Positions 58,991-64,000 of a stretch of 64,000 bases of DNA are shown in pieces. The notes under the pieces are model-generated. The model ran no database searches. It was given only the letters and a program-made list of their open reading frames with translations, and had not been told where the DNA came from. Source of the DNA: an uncultured Chloroflexia bacterium (GTDB lineage: Bacteria; Chloroflexota; Chloroflexia; QHBQ01; JADMIH01); contig CAWINE010000013.1 of NCBI GenBank assembly GCA_963837315.1, positions 7,099-71,098 on the forward strand. Direction: 5' to 3'. The translations under genes and the position numbers were made by a program. Each line of letters begins with the position of its first letter. Within the stretch, counting starts at the first letter, position 1.

Positions 58991-59180
58991 AACGTGAAAC
59001 GTGAAACGTAACCGCCAAGACGCAAAGAGCGCAAAGGTTCGCCAAGGTTTTTATGGGTTTAGATCATACAAATCCTCTGTGATCTCTGTGATTCTAAACC
59101 CACAAAACCTTCGTGCTCTTTGTGACCTTCGTGCCTTTGTGGTTCAAACCGTAACCGTACGATCCCTGGCGTCTTGGCAG
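58985..59180. repeat. (GTGAAAC)n followed by a composite 9-mer element
   Basis: acgtgaaacgtgaaacgtgaaacg; cgccaagacgcaaag; cttcgtg/ctttgtg units; ctggcgtcttggc. Confidence 0.8.
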
Positions 59181-59210
59181 ACACGGCTTGCGTTTTATGC
59201 TCGCACAAGG

Positions 59211-59621
59211 TTAGAACTTGTTCATCTCGTCCCCGCCATCGAGCCCGGCCTCGGCCAGGGCAGCGTCCAGCGTGTCGTAGCGGGCATATTGCGTAACCCG
59301 CCCTTCGTCGACCCTAAAGCGAGAAGCGACGTCGCGCTCTCCGGTCGGATCGCCACTCTCTGTGGACTGCCAGACGCCATGCTGCGCCAGCACAACCGTC
59401 TCGCCACGCACAAAGGCGCGTTGCGTCTGGAGGCTCAGCCCCGAGCGGGCAAGCCAATCGCGCAGCAGTTGGTAGCCTCGGCCCGACCCCTTTGGTCCAA
59501 TTATTTCGATATCAGGGTCCGATAGCTCAAGCAAGCGATCTATATCCCGGCGGTTGGCGGCGTCCTGCCAGGCGTGCACGACAGGGAGCGGGCTGTCAAA
59601 CTGGATGCTATCCTCTTCCAT
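59211..59621 (-). CDS. NTF2/SnoaL-like protein
   Basis: W..A.N..D...L....PD; F.V..G.V. Confidence 0.85.
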   Translation of the reverse strand: MEEDSIQFDSPLPVVHAWQDAANRRDIDRLLELSDPDIEIIGPKGSGRGYQLLRDWLARSGLSLQTQRAFVRGETVVLAQHGVWQSTESGDPTGERDVASRFRVDEGRVTQYARYDTLDAALAEAGLDGGDEMNKF

Positions 59622-59629
59622 AGCTTCCT

Positions 59630-60208
59630 CTACTTTTGTCCTGCCGTTAGCCGCGCTCGCAGCCTGTCATACGTCGTCTCGAGCAGCTCAGGCATGACTT
59701 TGGTCGCGCCCACGATGGGCATGAAGTTGGTATCGCCCGCCCAGCGTGGCACCACGTGAAGGTGCAGATGGTCGGCCACTCCCGCGCCCGCCACTCGGCC
59801 CAGGTTCATACCCAGGTTGAAGCCCTCAGGGTGGTATTCGTCGCCAATGACCCCTACCATCTTCTGCGCCAACGAGGTCATCTCGGCCAGCGTTTCAGGC
59901 TCCAGGCCGAGGAAATCCGCCGTGTGCCGGTAGGGCACTATCATCAGGTGAGCGGAGTTATATGGGTAGAGATTCAGGATCACGAAGGTGTGCTCGGCTC
60001 TCAGCAGAATCAGGCTAGCGCGGTCGTGAGATTCGGGAAGGCGCACGCGGTCGCAAAAGACGCAACCTGTGCTTTCCATCTTTGGCTGAGCCTCTTCGGG
60101 CACAGCTTCATCAGTAGCGACAGGGCTCTCAGGGGCAGAGCCGCCGGACTCGCCGCTTGCGCCTGCGATATAGTTCATTCGCCACGGTGTCCAGAGATAG
60201 CTGCTCAT
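59630..60208 (-). CDS. HIT family hydrolase
   Basis: LW.PWR..YI, CVFC, N.YPY..H, HLHLHVVPRW.GD.NF. Confidence 0.95.
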   Translation of the reverse strand: MSSYLWTPWRMNYIAGASGESGGSAPESPVATDEAVPEEAQPKMESTGCVFCDRVRLPESHDRASLILLRAEHTFVILNLYPYNSAHLMIVPYRHTADFLGLEPETLAEMTSLAQKMVGVIGDEYHPEGFNLGMNLGRVAGAGVADHLHLHVVPRWAGDTNFMPIVGATKVMPELLETTYDRLRARLTAGQK

Positions 60209-61153
60209 TCAGAAGCCCGATCCAACCTGGCTCGGCAGGGTATATCCCTGCTTGTACAGCAGCAAAATAATGAAAAAGAGCAATATCACGTTCAGTCCGA
60301 TGAGGGCTGCACCGAGCCACGAGAGGGTGCTCTTGTTGGTGTTGACTATCTGCCTCACAAGCGGGTTCCTCCACTCGCCCAGTCGATAGCGAGGGCAGAG
60401 CATGAAGCCCACTGCAGTGCCCGCAAGCAGACCGCCGATGTGAGCCGAGTTGTCGATCGGGAAAATGCCCGACACGCCAAGGCCCAGGTTCAGCACGATC
60501 ACTATTATGATATTCCAGAATTGGAGGTTGCCCCTCTTCCCAAACATCGAGCGGTTAATTCCATAGAAGACCGCCAGAGCACCGATAAGGCCGAAGATAG
60601 CGCCCGACGCGCCGACGCCTACCGCGAAGTATGGCGTGAACGCGAAGCTTGCGACGCTTCCGGCGAGCCCTGCGATCGCATACACAGCGGCGAAACGCCA
60701 GCGACCAAAGAAGGTCTCAAGGTCCATGCCGATGATATAGAGTGCCCAACCGTTCAGCGCGATATGGAGGAAGCCGGCATGCAGGAAGGTTGCCGTGATG
60801 AGCCGCCACCAATCGCCTTGCACCACAAGGTCGTTCTCTTTGGCACCCATCCGCAACAGGACATTTGTGTTTTCGCTGGAGTCTATTGAGCCGCCGACCA
60901 GGGTCGTGATGATGAAGACGATTACCAGCACAGCCAGTATGCCGATCGTAAGCACCGGCTTCTCGGACGGTATACGGAACCAGAGGCGCTGTGGCGTTCG
61001 TAGCTCTGCAAGAGCGTCCGATGGTGGCACTGGAGGGGGTAGATAAGCGGGCGGCTTCGGAAGGGCAGATTTGAGTCGTCCTGTATCGTACCCAGGAGTT
61101 GAGGGGTATTCCCAGCCTAATTTAGCCTGCTGAGAAGGTTGTGATGGATACAT
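60209..61153 (-). CDS. Rhomboid intramembrane serine protease
   Basis: WWRL, H...HI..N, GASG, AHIGG. Confidence 0.95.
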   Translation of the reverse strand: MYPSQPSQQAKLGWEYPSTPGYDTGRLKSALPKPPAYLPPPVPPSDALAELRTPQRLWFRIPSEKPVLTIGILAVLVIVFIITTLVGGSIDSSENTNVLLRMGAKENDLVVQGDWWRLITATFLHAGFLHIALNGWALYIIGMDLETFFGRWRFAAVYAIAGLAGSVASFAFTPYFAVGVGASGAIFGLIGALAVFYGINRSMFGKRGNLQFWNIIIVIVLNLGLGVSGIFPIDNSAHIGGLLAGTAVGFMLCPRYRLGEWRNPLVRQIVNTNKSTLSWLGAALIGLNVILLFFIILLLYKQGYTLPSQVGSGF

Positions 61154-61461
61154 GATCCATTATACCAGTTATGAGACGGCAAACCATTCCCCATTATTCA
61201 CCCATAGACAAGCGCAAAGGGCGAGGGTTGGAGGAGCAAAGACCAAAGACGGCTCTGCAGTTGCCATCCCTCGTCCTTTATCCCCCAACCTTCGCCCTCT
61301 GCGCTGTCGCTCAAGCAGCTTCTATCAGCCCTTGAGGAGCGACCACCCTTCTGATGCTTCGTCCAACCGGTACCTCGATGAATATGAGCATTTTCTCTGA
61401 ACAGGAGCGGCTCCGCAGCCCGGACAGTCGCAGCTTGGTCGTGACGGTGCCGGTACCGTAC

Positions 61462-64000
61462 TTATCTCCCGGATGGCGTCTCACAGCCTGGAAAGAACGT
61501 ATTCGACACGATCTTCGAGGTCTGCCCTCTCGTTGCATCATTGTTCGGCCTGAAGTATGGCCTATCGTCCGGGGGCACGCACGGCTCTCCCCGCCCGCCG
61601 CATTGATATCCGCTCATATACCCCCTCGAAGCAAGGCGCTGGATGAAGTCATAGAAGACAGTTCCAGGAGCTACATCCTCGAATATCTGCGCGCCCGGTG
61701 GGTCGTTCAGGCCTGCAGCGTTGGAAACTATCTTTGATATCTCCCCTCTGGTGGCGGCGTTGTTTGGCCTGAAGTAAGGCAAATTGCCCGGTGGCAAGCA
61801 GGGCTCGCCGGTCCCCCCACAAGCGTAGCCGTTGATGTATCCCCTGGTAACCAGGCGACCTATGTACTGGAAGAAGGTAGAGCCTATGGGTACATCCTGG
61901 AATCTCTGGACAGTCTGGTTGTCCGAGAAGCCTGCTGAGTTCGACACGATCTTGGACAACTGCCCTCGGGTGACGTTGCTGTTAGGCCGGAACGTGCCGT
62001 CGGGGTAGCCGTTGATGATATCGCGGCAAGCCAGGCACCGCACGTACGGATAGAAGGTGCTTCCCGGTGGCACATCCGAGAACGTGAGCGTGCAGGCAGT
62101 TGGCGTGACCGTCGAGGCGCCTGGGGTCTGGCTAGGCAAAGGCGTGTCTGTGGCTGTAAGCGGTGGCGTGTTGGTAGGAGAGGAAGCGGAGGTAGGAGTT
62201 GAAGTGCTCGATGGACCGGTGGTTGGCGTATGTGTAGAAGCATCCCGTAGGATCAGGAGCGGACGTCTGCGTGGGTGAAGCGGAAGAGATAGTTGTGGCT
62301 GTGGCCGAGCTAGTCGCCGTAGCCGTCGAACTTGACTGAATAGTTGGCGTTGACGTGCGTGTGGTGGTTGCAGTTCCGGTTGCCCCACTTGTGACAGTTG
62401 AGGTGGGCGTTGTCGTACTCGTATTTGTGCCCGTCGCCGTGCGGCTAGGTGTGCTTGTGGGCGTCTGGGTTTGGGTAGGTGTGTGGGTGGGCGTGTTCGT
62501 CCCGGTGGCTGTGCCGGTACCTGTGGCTGTCGCGTGTAAGCAGGTGTGCTTGTATTTGTCGATGAGGGCGTCGTGGTTGAGGTATCGGTTGGCGTCATAG
62601 TGGGCGTGTTGGTTGCTGTGCCGGTTGGTGTGTTCGTAGGTGTGTTTGTCGGCGTACTAGTCCTGGTGGACGTGTCAGTTGGTGAGCTTGTGCTCGTGCT
62701 CGTTGGAGTATTGGTCGGTGTTGTATTGGTGGGGTGTTGGTTGGGGTATGTGGTTGGTGTATTGGTTGGCGTGTTTGTCGGCGTGATTGTGGGTGTCGTA
62801 TTGTTGGTGTATTTGTCGGTGTATTTGTGCGGGTTGGTGTGCTGGTGGGCGTGTTAGTCGGTGTGTTGGTTGGCGTGCTCGTTGGGGTATTGGTCGGTGT
62901 ATTGGTAATAGTCGGTGTGTTGGTTGATTGTGTTGGTGTCGTTGGTCGTATGTGCTTGGTGCTCGTTGGTGTTATGGTGTGGTGTATTGGTGCGTGTGTT
63001 AGTGCCGGTCGGCGTGGTTGTGGGTGTATTTGTGGGCGTGTTGGTCGGCGTGTTGGTCGGCGTCAGCGTGCCGGTGTTAGTGGGTGTGTTCGTTGGACTG
63101 TTTGTATTCGTTGGCGTGCTAGTAGTTGTGGGCGCGGTCGGTGGGAGTATATGGTCGGCGTATTGGTAGAGGTCTGAGTAGGCGTATTGGTTGGGGTATT
63201 GGTCGGCGTATTGGTTGGCGTGTTGGTCGGCGTGTTCGTCGGCGTATTGGTCCTGGTGTCGGCGTGTTGGTCGGCGTGTTCGCGTCGGCGTGCTGGTCGG
63301 CGTATTGGTTCGGCGTGTTGGTCGGCGTGTTGGTCGGCGTGTTTGTATTCGTCGGGGTATTGGTCGGCGTGTTGGTCGGCGTCGGCGTGTCGGTGTTTGT
63401 CGGCGTATTGGTCGCGTAGTGTGGTGTGGCGTGTTGGTCGGCGTGTCTGTGGTCGTGCGTATTGGTCGGCGTGATGGTCGGGTGTATTCGTGGGCGTATT
63501 GGTCGGGTTGGTGTGCTGGTTGGCGTGTTGGTCGGCGTGTTGGTTGGCGTATTGGTGTAATCGTTGGTGTGTTGGTTGGCGTGTTGGTGCTCGTTGGGGT
63601 ATTGGTCGGCGTGTTGGTACTGGCGTGTGTGGTCGGTGTATTGGTTGGTGTGTTAGTCGGTGTGTTCGTGCTCGTTGGTGTTATTGGTCGGCGTATTGGT
63701 CGGCGTGTTGCGTGTAGTGTTAGTGTTGGTCGGCGTGTTCGTGGGTGTATTGGTTGGCGTGTTGGTCGGCGTGTTGGTGGATGTATTGGTCGGCGTTGGA
63801 CGTGAAGCCAATGATATGGATAGTCTCGATCTGCGTAAAGCGCCGGGTTGCTCACGGTGTTGCTGCCGGTATCGGTGATCTTGCTGTTACGATTGGCAGG
63901 GGCGGGAGGAGAGAACTGCCAGTGAACTACCGCATCGCCCGCCGTGCTTGCGCAGAAGCTGATCTGTGCGACCCGGAAGTCGCTGCCTGGAGGCGCACCA
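61462..64000 (-). CDS. Large secreted protein, C-terminal part: long (TNTP)n linker plus SLH domains; many frameshifts; start lies outside the window
   Basis: FSDVP..S.FY..V.CLACR.II.GY.DGTFRPN..VTRGQ..KIVSN repeated; about 1.5 kb of accaacacgccg-like 12-mers. Confidence 0.88.

Noticed and set aside
62355-63878. Plus-strand Val/Gly-rich ORFs (VGVLVGV)
   Set aside because: They are the antisense shadow of the (TNTP)n linker of the SLH protein

Overview
GC-rich bacterial chromosome segment, most consistent with class Chloroflexia. That assignment is an inference from the SLH protein with a TNTP linker, the YF-x-x-x-GH surface repeats, the alpha2 GlyRS with a T-box, and the DegS-like kinase. 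Many single-base frameshifts fall in clearly essential genes (glyQS, M24 peptidase, udg), so most are probably long-read consensus errors. Housekeeping content: pepQ-efp-accB, paaR-paaABC-x-paaD, xerD, glyQS, rnj, ftsK, udg, glycosyltransferases, two Flp pilins, and an ECF sigma/anti-sigma pair. Four observations stand out. (1) A complete PyrR-type attenuator controls an operon whose first gene is an AsnRS-like catalytic domain lacking the anticodon-binding domain, followed by an atypical dihydroorotate dehydrogenase and a PyrF-PyrE fusion, with no pyrB/pyrC/carAB; this is a candidate alternative entry into pyrimidine synthesis. (2) A MauF/DsbD-like gene next to mauE has an in-frame UGA at a likely Cys position followed by a SECIS-like hairpin, making it a candidate selenoprotein. 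(3) Many distinct 7-mer and 9-mer tandem-repeat families sit at gene junctions and inside ORFs. (4) Four-layer nested inverted-repeat elements and unusually long perfect palindromes occur. No rRNA, tRNA, CRISPR array or transposase was recognised.
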